DNA from: Squalus acanthias
Taxonomy: Eukaryota
Direction: 5' to 3'
DNA: 64,000 nucleotides
Assembly (NCBI GenBank): GCA_030390025.1
Contig: CM059432.1
Coordinates: forward strand, 19,284,001 to 19,348,000
The notes under the pieces are model-generated. The model was given only the letters and a program-made list of their open reading frames with translations. It did not search any database and was not told the origin of the DNA. The position numbers and the translations under genes were made by a program. This document shows positions 52,951 through 64,000 of the stretch, piece by piece (position 1 is the first letter of the stretch; each line of letters begins with the position of its first letter).

Positions 52951-53901
52951 GTCATAGAGTCATAGTCATAGAGTCATAACGGCACAGAAGGAGGCCATTC
53001 GGCCCAACGAGTCCATGCCAGCTCTCTGTAGAGCAATCCAGTCAGTCCCATTCCCCCGCTCTATCCCCGTAGCCCTGCATGTTTATTTCCTTCAAGTGCC
53101 TATCCAGTCTCTCCTTGAAAACATTGAGTGTCTCCGCTTCCACCACTTCCATCGGCAGCGAGTTCCCGGTCCTCACCACTCGCTGCGTAAAAAGTTTTTC
53201 CTCACATTCCCCCTGTATCTCTTGCCCAAAACCTTAAGTCTGTGTCTCCTAGTCCTTGTACCATCAACTTGTGGGAACAGCCTTTCCCCGTCTAGCCTAT
53301 CCAAACCTGTCATAATCTTGTACACCTCTATCAAATCACCCCTCAACCTCCTTTGCTCTAATGAAAACAAATCCAGCTTCTCCAACCTGTCCTTGTAGCT
53401 AAGATCCCCCATCCCCGGAACCATTCTGGTAAATCTCCTCTGCACCCTCTCAAGTGCCTTCACATCCTTCCTAAAGTGTGGTGACCAGAACTAGACGCAA
53501 TACTCCAGTTGTGGCCTAACCAACGCTTTATAAAGGTTCAGCATAACTTCTCTACTTTTGTACTCAATACCTCTATTTATGAAGCCCAAGATCCCATGTG
53601 CTTTGCTAACCACTCTCTCAATATGTCCCGCCACCGTCAGGGACTTATGCACATTAACTCCCAGGTTCCTCTGTCCCTGCACACTCTTTAAAACTGTGCC
53701 ATTAAGTGTATCTTGCCTCTCCCTGTTCCTACTGCCAAAATGCATCACCTCACACTTCTCTGTATTAAATTCCATCTGGCACTTGTCTGCCCATTCTGCT
53801 AGCCTTTCTATGTCCTGTTGCAGTCGATTGGTATCATTCTCACTGTTTGCCACACCCCCAAGTTTGGTGTCATCGGCAAATTTAGAAATTCTACTCTGTA
53901 G
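52951..53901 (-). mobile_element. 5'-truncated CR1 LINE
   Basis: ISKFADDTKLGG...LVRPQLEYCV; (CATAGAGT)n tail. Confidence 0.93.
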
Positions 53902-54656
53902 TCCTCCCTGGAAAGTGGTTGTGAGCACCACAGCAAAGATACAGCATGCAGGCAGTGACATTTCCAGGTTAAATTGGGTTTAAGCCTCATTTTGGGATTC
54001 ATCTTTTGAGAGGTAATTATCTGGTTTGACCCGAATATCTGAAGGCTTAAGAACGAACCATTTCCGTCTGCAGTGACTATCGGACTGTCACCATAACTCA
54101 CCTGAGATTCCCTGCTCGAATACGTGTACAAATTGAGCAATGCATCTGATTACCACAGTACTGTCGACAGCCAATAAATCCTTAAATGGGCTACCAGTTA
54201 GAGCAAGGAAAGCAATTTAGTGTAGAGAAATGTTCTTCCCTAACTCTGACACACATATATATGAAAAAAGAGCTTCTAAAGAAAAGTGTCAGTTTTCATT
54301 GCTCTCCATGCAAACAGTTTGTATATTTTCATTATAGCACAATTGCAATTTCATGTTTAAGGATCCTGGGTTTCAAAGCATTCTGTGTGATGGGCACTCA
54401 ATTTGTCAATCCCATTCATGCAGTCAGGATTTTACCATTGTACTTTATTAAAAAAAAGTGGCGCTTCTATTCAGTGCTTCCTTGTGTTAGTATCTGATTG
54501 AAATTCATTGATGTAACAGGGACAGAGTATAATCATGTGGAAGGAAAGGATGTTATATCTTTCTGCAGTATATTAGGAACACTTGGGTTAAGCAAGTGGA
54601 AAAAAGGACATACCTGAAGGAAATGTGGCCGAAAAAAATCATTTCAAAACAACTTG

Positions 54657-55548
54657 GGGGGGAAAAATTCGGTTGCTTTGTGCCTCCCGTTAGCACCTTA
54701 AGAGGGCGCTAATGGGGCGCAAAGCAGCTAGCGCCAGGGAACGGCGATGTTTGCGCCGCTCGCGAAATTGACCAGACATTTTGCGGCGGCACTAAACACT
54801 ACCGCCACGATCTCCTGCGCCTGCAGATCGTGACGTCAGTCGAGCGTGCAACGCCCCGGTAGCGTCCCGGACCGGATATTGAGTGGCGCCCCTTCCTTTC
54901 CACCTGCCGCTAGCAACGACAGGTTGAGGGGAGCGTTTTGCAGTCAGGAAGGGGCTGGGGGAGCGTTATTTAAAGGCAACTGCTTCCTGCCTTTTTTTGT
55001 CAGTGACATTTTTGTACCACGCATTCTGAGTGAGAGAGAGAGACTTCTGGAGATATTCAACGCTGTGTTGAGGAGTTTTGGGTACTGAGCAGCACTTTGC
55101 AGGTTCATTTTGATTTGATCTTCCTTGCATCGATTTAGAAGAGACTGTGGGGGTGCACTCTGAGCTCTTTCCCTGGGGCTCTCCATTGTTCTTTCCAGCA
55201 GATTTGATGTACAGGTCTCTCCAGGCCAAGATTCAAGGCTGCAATGAGCAGGGTGTGGATGAAGAGCAAGATCGACCCTTCCCGTTAAGGACAGGCTGGT
55301 GCCAGTGTGTCTGTGTTCCATTGCTGACTGACAACACACGAGCTTCGCCAGCGCTCTGAGGTAGCGCCTCACTCCTCGGCGTTAGCGGCTTAAGAGAGGT
55401 GTGTAGCGCCTGATTTAGCGCTCCAATTACCTCCAGGGATGATAGAAGCCAAGTTTGCAGTCGGAGGCGATAATTAGCACCAGGCGCTAAACTTTGCGCC
55501 CGGCCGATAATTGCGCCCCAAACGGGGCGATACCGAATTTCTCCCCCC
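54657..55548. mobile_element. Harbinger-type MITE (892 bp), distinct family
   Basis: TIR GGGGGGA(A/G)AAATTCGGT, TSD TTG/TTG; CpG-rich subterminal TAGCGCC repeats. Confidence 0.88.
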
Positions 55549-55681
55549 TTGACTTTTAAATGGGGCCAGGCCTATGCTTCAAAAGGTAAATTGACATTTG
55601 TGCACTTCTAGGTAAAGGAATTTGATCCACTCATAATTTGGTTGACTGATCATGCTTGGGGAAAGGATGGGGCTGTTTCAG

Positions 55682-56055
55682 TCATAGGAACATAGGAACA
55701 GGAGGAGGCCATCCAGCCCCTCGAGCCTGTTCCGCCATTCAGTTAGATCATGGCTGGCCTGTATCTTAACTCCATCTACCTGCTTTGGTTCAGTAACCCA
55801 TAATACTCTTGCCTAACAAAAATCTATCAAGCTCAGTTTTTAAATTTTCAATTGACCGAGTCTCAACAACCTTTTGGGGGAGAGCGTCCCTGATTCCCAC
55901 AACCTTTTGTGTGAAGAAGTGCTTTGTGACATCATCCCTGAACTTCCGAGCTCTTATTTTAATGTTATGCCCCCTTGTCCCGGACTCCCCCACCAGAGGA
56001 AATAATTTATCTCTATCTCCCCTATCAATTAACCTAATTATCTTAAACACCTCAA
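55682..56055 (-). mobile_element. CR1 3' end
   Basis: (CATAGGAA)n tail; LFPLVGESGTRGH. Confidence 0.9.
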
Positions 56056-56149
56056 ACACGACACAATCCTCTGACTTAAATAAAATTCATAATTTTCTTC
56101 CCTGTATTGATAAATGCTCATATTGGAGAGTGGAGATAAATAAAGCCAA

Positions 56150-56835
56150 GTGATTTACTTGTACTTCTTCTAACTTCTATACCGTATTCGCTGCTCATAA
56201 TGTGGTCTCCTCGACATTGGGGAGACCAAACGCAGATTGGGTGACCGCTTTGTGGAACACCTCCGTTCAGTCTGTAAGGGTGACACTGAGCTTCCGGTCG
56301 CCTGTCACTTTAATTCTCCGCTCCACTCCCACTCTGACCTCTCTGTCCTCGGCCTCTTACACTGTTCCAACAAAGCTCAACGTAAGCTCGAGGGACAGCA
56401 CCTCATCTTTCGATTAGGCACTTTACAGCCTTCTGGACTTAACATCGAGTTCAACAATTTCAGACCATAACCTCGGCCCCTATTTTTTTTTTCTCTCACA
56501 TGGCAGCTGTTGATAATTCTGCCATTGCCATTTACATACCGTCTACAGTCATCTTTTGTTTCTTAACTTGTCCCATTACCATCTCCTTTTGCCTTGCACC
56601 ATCATCCCTTTTGTCTTTTAATCTCTCCTGCCTTCCATCCTATCACAGACCTTCCCTTTGTTCTTTCATTCCCTCCCCCCTTTCCCTGCCCCTACACTTG
56701 CTTAAAAATCTGTTACATCTCTAACTTTTTCCAGTTCTGTCGAAGGGTCATCGACCCGAAACGTTAACTCGGTTTCTCTCTCCACAGATGCTGCCTGACC
56801 TGCTGAGTATCTCCAGCATTTTCTGTTTTTATTTC
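56150..56835 (+). mobile_element. Penelope-like element 3' part: GIY-YIG endonuclease remnant (to 56470) and terminal repeat
   Basis: IRCS.CGLLDIGETKRRLGDRFVEH..PVACHFN..RKLEGQHLIFRLGTLQPSGLN. Confidence 0.9.
56731..56772 (+). ncRNA. Minimal type I hammerhead ribozyme motif (core A6 mutated in this copy)
   Basis: AGTT CTGTCGA A GGGTC ATC GACCC GAAAC GTT AACT: stem I AGTT/AACT, stem II 5 bp, palindromic AACGTT in place of stem III. Confidence 0.75.
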
Positions 56836-56845
56836 TGCTCAAATC

Positions 56846-56975
56846 CAATGTTCCCTTTCAGCACCCTGGACCTCCCGTTCAGCCGGCTCACCAGTTTTTA
56901 CATGCAAAAACCTCGCATGTGTGGATTTTTGAATGGGCCGCGCGGCCCCTTTTAAAAAAATTAGAGGGAACATTG
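56846..56975. mobile_element. Tiny hAT MITE (130 bp)
   Basis: TIR CAATGTTCCCT / AGGGAACATTG; 8-bp TSD CTCAAATC / CTCAAATG. Confidence 0.85.
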
Positions 56976-57351
56976 CTCAAATGACTGAAACACCAATCCT
57001 CCTACTGTTATTTCTCCTTCCATTTCCTCCACATGTAAAACAATTACTGTAAAATAGATAGATACATCACACTGATATATAACTTGTAGCTGGAGGACCT
57101 TGCAGGATAAGAAAACCTGACTAAACTCCTAATTTTCTTTGGGTGCGTGGCCCCTTTAAGGGGCTCCATTCACAGTTTTGTGCATACATGAAACTTAACA
57201 TTGAAAAAGCTGGTCCCGGGCTGCGCGGGGTCGGCAAACAGCTGCGTGGCTGAGCAGCTGCGCAGCTTATAAGGAGCTTGTGCCAATAAGTCATTGGTTC
57301 AAATGCCATAAAGGTCTGTGTGGAGGCATAGCATATGCACCAGATTTTACG

Positions 57352-58833
57352 TAAGAACATAAGAACATAAGAAATAGGAGCAGGAGTAGACCAATCGGCC
57401 CCTCGAGCCTGCTCCGCCATTCAATGAGATCATGGCTGATCTGATCCAACCTCAACTCTAAAGAACACAAGAAGTCGGAGCAGGACCAGGCCACTCGGCC
57501 CCTGGGCCCGCTCCGCCACCCACAGGGCCTTGACCGATCCGAACTCAAACTCATGTCCAATTTCCAGCCCGCTCCCCGTAACCCCTGATTCCCTTTACTT
57601 CTAGGAAACGGTCTATTTCTGTTTTAAATTTATTTAATGAAGTAGCTTCCACAGCTTCCTGGGGTAGCAAATTCCACAGACACACTACCCTCTGAGTGAA
57701 AAAGTTTCTCCTCATCTCAGTTTTGAAAGAGCAGCCCCTTATTCTAAGATTATGTCCCCTAGTTCTTGTTTCACCCATCATTGGGAACATCCTCACCGCG
57801 TCCACCCGATCAAGCCCCTTCACAATCTTATATGTTTCAATAAGATCGCCTCTCATTCTTCTGAACTCCAATGAGTAGAGTCCCAATCTACTCAACCTCT
57901 CCTCGTATGTCCAACCCCTCATCCCCGGAATTAACCGAGTGAACCTTCTTTGTACTGCCTCGAGAGCAAGTATGTCTTTTCTTAAGTATGGACACCAAAA
58001 CTGTATGCAGTACTCCAGGTGCGGTCTCACCAATACCCTATACAACTGCAGCAATATCTCCCTGTTTTTATATTCTATCCCCCTAGCAATAAAAGCCAAC
58101 ATTCCATTGGCTTTCTTGATCACCTGCTGCACCTGCATACTATTTTTTGATTTTCTTGCACCAAGACCCCCAGATCCCTTTGTACTGCAGTACTTTCCAG
58201 TTTCTCGCCATTAAGATAATAACTTGATCTCTGATTTTTCCTGCCAAAGTGCATAACCTCACATTTTCCAATATTGTATTGCATCTGCCAAATCTCTGCC
58301 CACTCACCCAGCCTGTCTATATCCCCTTGTAGGTTTTTTATGTCCTCCTCACTCTCTACTTTCCCTCCCATCTTTGTATCATCTGCAAACTTTGATATGT
58401 TACACTCGGTCCCCTCCTCCAAATCATTAATATAGATTGTAAAGAGTTGGGGACCCAGCACAGACCCCTGCGGAACACCACTGGCTACTGGTTGCCAGTC
58501 CGAGAATGAACCATTTATCCCAACTCTCTGCTTCCTGTTAGATAACCAATCCTCCACCCATGCCAGAATATTACCCCCAATCCAGTGATTTTTTATCTTG
58601 AGTAATAATCTTTTATGTGGCAACTTGTCGAATGCCTTCTGGAAGTCTAAATACACTACATCCACTGGTTCCCCTTTATCCACCCTGTACGTTATGTCCT
58701 CAAAGAACTCGAGCAAATTTGTCAGACATGACTTCCCCTTCATAAAGCCATGCTGACTTTGTCCTATTAAATTATGTTTATCTAAATGTTCCGTTACTGT
58801 CTCCTTAATAATAGACTCCAAAATTTTACCCAC
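57352..58833 (-). mobile_element. 5'-truncated CR1 LINE with duplicated 3' UTR module
   Basis: RT ORFs 58120-58833 and 57551-58138 (one frameshift); (CATAAGAA)n tail. Confidence 0.96.
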
Positions 58834-59139
58834 CTGGTTTGTCCTGTGGCTTTTGCTATCCTAGTTCACAAAAAAAAAACATCATTGTTAGCATTCACGT
58901 TACATTCACTATTGATTTTATACTATTATTTTAACGGAGCGCAAGGTATAGAAAGGAAGAGATCGTTTATGTTCTTTCTCCAATCTAACCAGGCAAAACA
59001 CAATAATTAAACTACTAGTGACGTAGGGGCGCTTTTAACCCTACTCGCTCAGCAGAAACCTGGCAGGCGGGCAGTTAAATTCGCCTTGGCTAGTATCTGT
59101 CTGAAAGCCGCCTTGATCACAACATCTGCAATTTTAGCA

Positions 59140-59315
59140 CAATAGCAAACTACCACGGATGCTGGAAATCTGAAATAACAACAGGAAATGCTGGAGACAC
59201 TCAGCAGGTCAGGCTGCCTCCCCTCCTCCCTTTTCCTGCCCCTACACTTGCTTAAAAATCTGTTACATCGCTCCCTTTTTCCAGTTCTGACGAAGGGTCT
59301 CAGACCTGAAACCTT
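59140..59315. mobile_element. Penelope terminal repeat pieces in inverted arrangement, with an intact hammerhead core at 59281-59315
   Basis: 59150-59217 is the reverse complement of the repeat's distal end; then CCAGTT CTGACGA A GGGTC TCA GACCT GAAAC CTT. Confidence 0.82.
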
Positions 59316-59880
59316 GGCCACGATTTTGCCGGCGCTCAGAGGGCGGGTTTGGAGGCGGGTCCGGAGGTAAATCCAAGATGTTTGAAGGCGGGTTGCGAGC
59401 CCGCCGCGAACCCACCGCCACACGACCTTCCAAGATGTCGGGTCTGCGACTCCTGATCAGACCCGACACCAAGCGGCAGGTGAGGCAGTTAAGGTAGTTA
59501 ATAGCTCCTGTTTAATCCTATTTTGATAGGGATTTTCAATTTTGCAACATTTTCAGCGCGTTCCCCTGTGTTCCAGGAACACGGCAGCTGATTTGAGTCG
59601 GGTATTCCAACAAGCTGAATAGTTCACAGCTGCAAGTGTAGCATTAAAGCTAACCTGCCACTTTAGTTGAATTTCAAAAGCCTGTACTTTCTGATTGCAG
59701 GATGTTGAAGACATTGTTCAGGTGTTTTGAGGTTGTATGTGTATGTTGTGAGATCTATATACACTGTGACCTCCTTAGAATAACCTCTCTCCACTTTGAC
59801 TGAGCTCTTAGAGAACATTTCATCTTCAAGTGACATTTTCACCAGCACCCGATCACCCCCTTCCCAGTCACCCCCTGCCC
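59316..59880 (+). mobile_element. Harbinger transposase-side terminus, truncated
   Basis: TIR GGCCACGATTTT; colinear with 32897-33350; second end not found. Confidence 0.8.
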
Positions 59881-60150
59881 AGTGCCCTTTAACGACTTAG
59901 CTGGCATCGCAGCACCTAATCTTTGACTCTTCTTAGCCAGCTCCATGACAATGAAGCCCGAAGCCCAATATCATGTGCGACTCAGGCCTATCCATGCAGG
60001 CATGGGGATAAATCCTGACGCCCCATTTTTGGGTGAGCTCGAATTTCTAGGCCGTCCTGTCTTCCTCTGTGATTGGGTGAAACAGCATGATTATCTTTTC
60101 CTGTCAGTAAAAGGAATTGTTTGGGTGGGAAGGCCTTAAATCCGTAAAAT

Positions 60151-63100
60151 GTCAGCCAGTGGCTCAGTTGGTAGCACACTCACCTCTGAGTCAGAACATA
60201 AGAACATAAGAAGTAGGAGCAGGAGTAGGCCATACGACCCTTCGGGCCTGCTCCGCCATTCAATAGGATCATGGCTGATCCGAACCTAGACTCACGTCCA
60301 CTTCCCTGCCCGCTCCCCATAACCCTTAATTCCCTTATCAGCTGGGAAACTGTCTATCTCCGTTTTAAATTTATTTAATGTCGCAGCTTCCACAGCTCTC
60401 TGAGGTAGCAAATTCCATAGATTTACTACCCTCTGAGTGAAGAAGTTTCTCCTCATCTCAGTTTTGAAACTGCAGCCCCTTATTCTAAGATTATGCCCCC
60501 TAGTTCTAGTCTCACCCATCAGTGGAAACATCCTCCCCGCATCCACCCGATCAAGCCCTCTCACAATCTTATATGTTTCGATAAGATCACCTCTCATTTT
60601 TCTGTATTCCAATGAGTAGAGGCCCAACCTGCTCAACCTTTCCTCATAAGTCAACCCCCTTATCTCCGGAATCAACCGAGTGAACCTTCTCTGAACTGCC
60701 TCTAGAGCAAGTATATCTTTTCTTAAATATGGAAACCAAAACTGAACGCAGTACTCCAGGTGTGGCTTCACCAGTACCTTGTATAACTGAAGCAAGACTT
60801 CCCTGCTTTTATACTCCATCACCCTTGCAATAAAAGCCAAGATTCCATTGGCCTTCTTGATCACCTGCTGTACCTGCATACTAACCTTCTGTGTTTCATG
60901 CACCTGGACCCCCAGATCCCTTTGTACTGTAGCACTTTGCAGTTTCTTTCCATTTAGATAATAACTTGCTCTTTGATTTTTTCTGCCAAAGTGCATAACC
61001 TCACACTTTCCAACATTATGTTCCATCTGCCAAATTTCTGCCCACTCACTTAGCCTGTCTATGTCCTTTTGCAGATTTTTTATGTCCTCACTCATTGCTT
61101 TCCCTCCCATCTTTGTATCGTCTGCAAACTTGGATACGTTGCACTTGGTCCCCTCCTCCAAATCGTTAATATAGATTGTAAAGAGTTGGGGTCCCAGCAC
61201 TGACCCCTGCGGAACACCACTAGTTACTGATTGCCAACCCGAGAATGAACCATTTATCCCAACTCTCTGTTTTCTGTTAGATAGCCAATCTTCCACCCAT
61301 GCCAGTATATTACCCCCAATCCCGTGATTTTTTATCTTGTGCAGTAATCGTTTGTGTGGTACCTTGTCAAATGCCTTTTGGAAGTCCAAATACACCACAT
61401 CCACTGATTCTCCTTTATCCACCTTGTTTGTTACGTCCTCAAAGAATTCGAGCAAATTTGTCAAGCATGATTTCCCCTTCATAAAACCATGCTGACTCTG
61501 TCCGATTAAGTTATGCTTATCCAAATGTCCTGTTACTGCTTCCTTAATAATGGACTCCAACATTTTACCAACCACAGATGTTAGGCTAACTGGTCTATAG
61601 TTTCCAGCCTTTTGTCTACCTCCCTTTTTAAATAAGGGTGTTACATTAGCAGTTTTCCAATCTGCTGGGACCTTTCCTGAATCCAGGGAGTTTTGGAAAA
61701 TTACCACCAATGCATCCGCAATCCCTACCGCGACTTCTCTCAAGACCCTAGGATGTAAGCCATCAGGTCCAGGGGATTTATCCGCCTTAAGTCCCATTAT
61801 CTTACCGAGTACCATCTCCTTAGTGATTTTAATTGTGTTTAGCTCCTCCCCCCCTATAGCCCCTTGTTTGTCCAGTGTTGGGATATTTATAGTGTCCTCT
61901 ACTGTAAAGACTGATACAAAATATTTGTTCAGTGTATTTGCCATCTCCATGTTCCCCACTACTAATTTCCCGGTCTCGTCCTCTAAGGGACCAACATTCA
62001 CTTTAGCCACCCTTTTACTTTTTATATAACTGTAGAAACTCTTGCTATCTGTTTTTATATTTTTTGCTAGTTTACTTTCATAATCTATCTTCCCTTTCTT
62101 AATTAGTCTTTTAGTTATTCTTTGCTGGTTTTTAAATGCTTCCCAATCTTCTCTCCTCCCACTAGATTTGGCTACTTTATAAGCCCTTGTTTTTAGTCGG
62201 ATACTATCCTTTATTACTTTACTTAGCCACGGATGGCTGTCTTTTCTTTTACGCCCCTTTTTCCTCAGTGGAATATATTTTTCTTGAAAGTTGTGAAATA
62301 CCTCCTTGAATGTACACCACTGCTCCTGTACCGTCTTACACCTTAATTTATTTTCCCAGTCCACTTTAGTCAACTCTGCTCTCATACCTTCATACTCTCC
62401 TTTATTTAGGCTTAGTACGCTGGTTTGAGATCCAACTCTCACCCTCCAACTGAATTTGGAATTCAACCATGTTATGGTCACTCATTCCAAGGGGATCCTT
62501 TACTAGGACATTTTTTATTAATCCTGTCTCATTACACAGGACCAGATCTAAGATTGCCTGCCCCCTGGTTGGTTCAGTAACATACTGCTCAAGGAACCCG
62601 TCCCTAATGCACTCTATGAACTCTTCCTCAAGGCTGCCCTGCCCAATTTGATTTGTCCAGTCAATATGAAAGTTAAAATCTCCCATGATTATAGCTGTTC
62701 CCTTATTACAAGCCCCAACTATTTCCTGATTAATACTCCGACCAATTGAGTTGCAACTGTTAGGAGGCCTATAGACTATGCCCACTAGTGACTTTTTCCC
62801 TTTATTATTCCTTATCTCCACCCAAACTGTTTCACTATCCTGGTCCTTTGACCCAATATCATTTCTCACTATTGCAGTGATTCCATCCTTTATTAACAAA
62901 GCCACCCCACCTCCCTTTCCTTCCTGTCTGTCCTTCCTAATAGTCAAATACCCCTGGATGTTTAGTTCCCAGTCATGGTCACCTTGCAGCCATGTTTCTG
63001 TGATGGCCACCAGAGCATACCCATGTGTAGTTATTTGACCTGTCAACTCGTTTATTTTGTGGTTTAAGTCCCACTCCAGAGACTACAGCACAAAAATCTC

Positions 63101-63432
63101 GGCTGACACTCCAGTGCAGTGCTGAGGGAGTGCTGCACTGTCGGAGGTGCCGTCCTTGGGATAAGATGTTAAACCGAGGTGTCTGCTCTCTCAGGTGGAC
63201 ATAAAGATCAGATAGCACCTATTTCGAAGAAGAGCAGTGGTGTCCTGGCCAATATTTATCCCTCAAAAAACAGATTATCTGGTCATTATCACATTGTTTG
63301 TTTGTGTGGAGCTTGCCAAATTTTCTACATTACAACAGTGAATACACTTCAAAAGTACTTAATTGCAAAGCGCTTTGGAATGTCCTGAGGTCATGAAAGG
63401 CGCTATATAAATGTAAGTCTTTCTTTCTTTTT
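60151..63432 (+). mobile_element. Deu-domain SINE split by a CR1 (60151-60196 and 63057-63432)
   Basis: A-box half ends GAGTCAGAA; B-box half resumes TTGTGGTTTAAGTCCCACTCCAG. Confidence 0.9.
60197..63056 (-). mobile_element. CR1 LINE with near-complete ORF2 (APE endonuclease and RT), one frameshift near 62440
   Basis: ITETW, GDFN, SDHN endonuclease motifs (62402-63046) and 729-aa RT ORF (60292-62481). Confidence 0.97.
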
Positions 63433-64000
63433 CCTATGTGTTGGCAACATTGCAAGCCAGCTGTCTACATTGGCATTATACACTCCTCATTAAAACATTT
63501 GGTTCATGTCCTCCCTTAATCTGCCTTGGTGGTGTTGACCTACATGATGGGCCGAGACCCTTTACTTGGATTTAAAAAATTTTAAATACCTGCAATTGCG
63601 CAGCCTGGCCTTGAAATACCATGGGGTTCTTCTGGTCTCACTTCATAACTCGAGTAGGAGACCATTGCAACCCCTAGGCAAATAGCATAAACAGCCAAAA
63701 CCAGTCTTTTATGCAATTTCCCTGGGGTTTCAGTGGTATTGCACTGAAGTTAAGGCAGGAGACAAGGAGAACCCTTGTGGAATGTCAGGGCCCCTCGTTC
63801 TTCTCTAACCGTGGCCTTGTCTGGCTTGGCAAAAGATCATCGAGTGATCATCTCTTTCTTCTGCTTCAGTCACCGATATTTCATTTCCCGTAATAACAAT
63901 TTGGCCTTCAGCAATACAAAAAAAGCCACCATTCACACCTGTAGTAAAAGAGCAAACCACCATCACAGTCCGCCCTTCTGAGCTTTCAGAATAAAATACA

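Overview
Eukaryotic, repeat-dense, apparently gene-free (intergenic or intronic) DNA; no host protein-coding exon was recognised. The repeat content (CR1 LINEs with octamer tails, tRNA-headed Deu-domain SINEs of SacSINE1 type, Penelope GIY-YIG remnants) suggests a cartilaginous fish (inference). The window is dominated by PIF/Harbinger DNA transposons: one near-complete two-gene element (DDE transposase plus spliced Myb/SANT partner), several deletion derivatives and many MITEs. It also holds many CR1 and L2-like LINE fragments, a decayed hAT with a matching MITE, two solo LTRs, a pogo/Tigger-like MITE and simple repeats. The most striking observation is that three different Harbinger elements have inserted at the same position, the predicted N-U-H cleavage triplet of the minimal hammerhead ribozyme carried by a Penelope terminal repeat. 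A five-level nested transposon stack lies at 40.6-47.5 kb. Family names come from motif recognition, not database searches.
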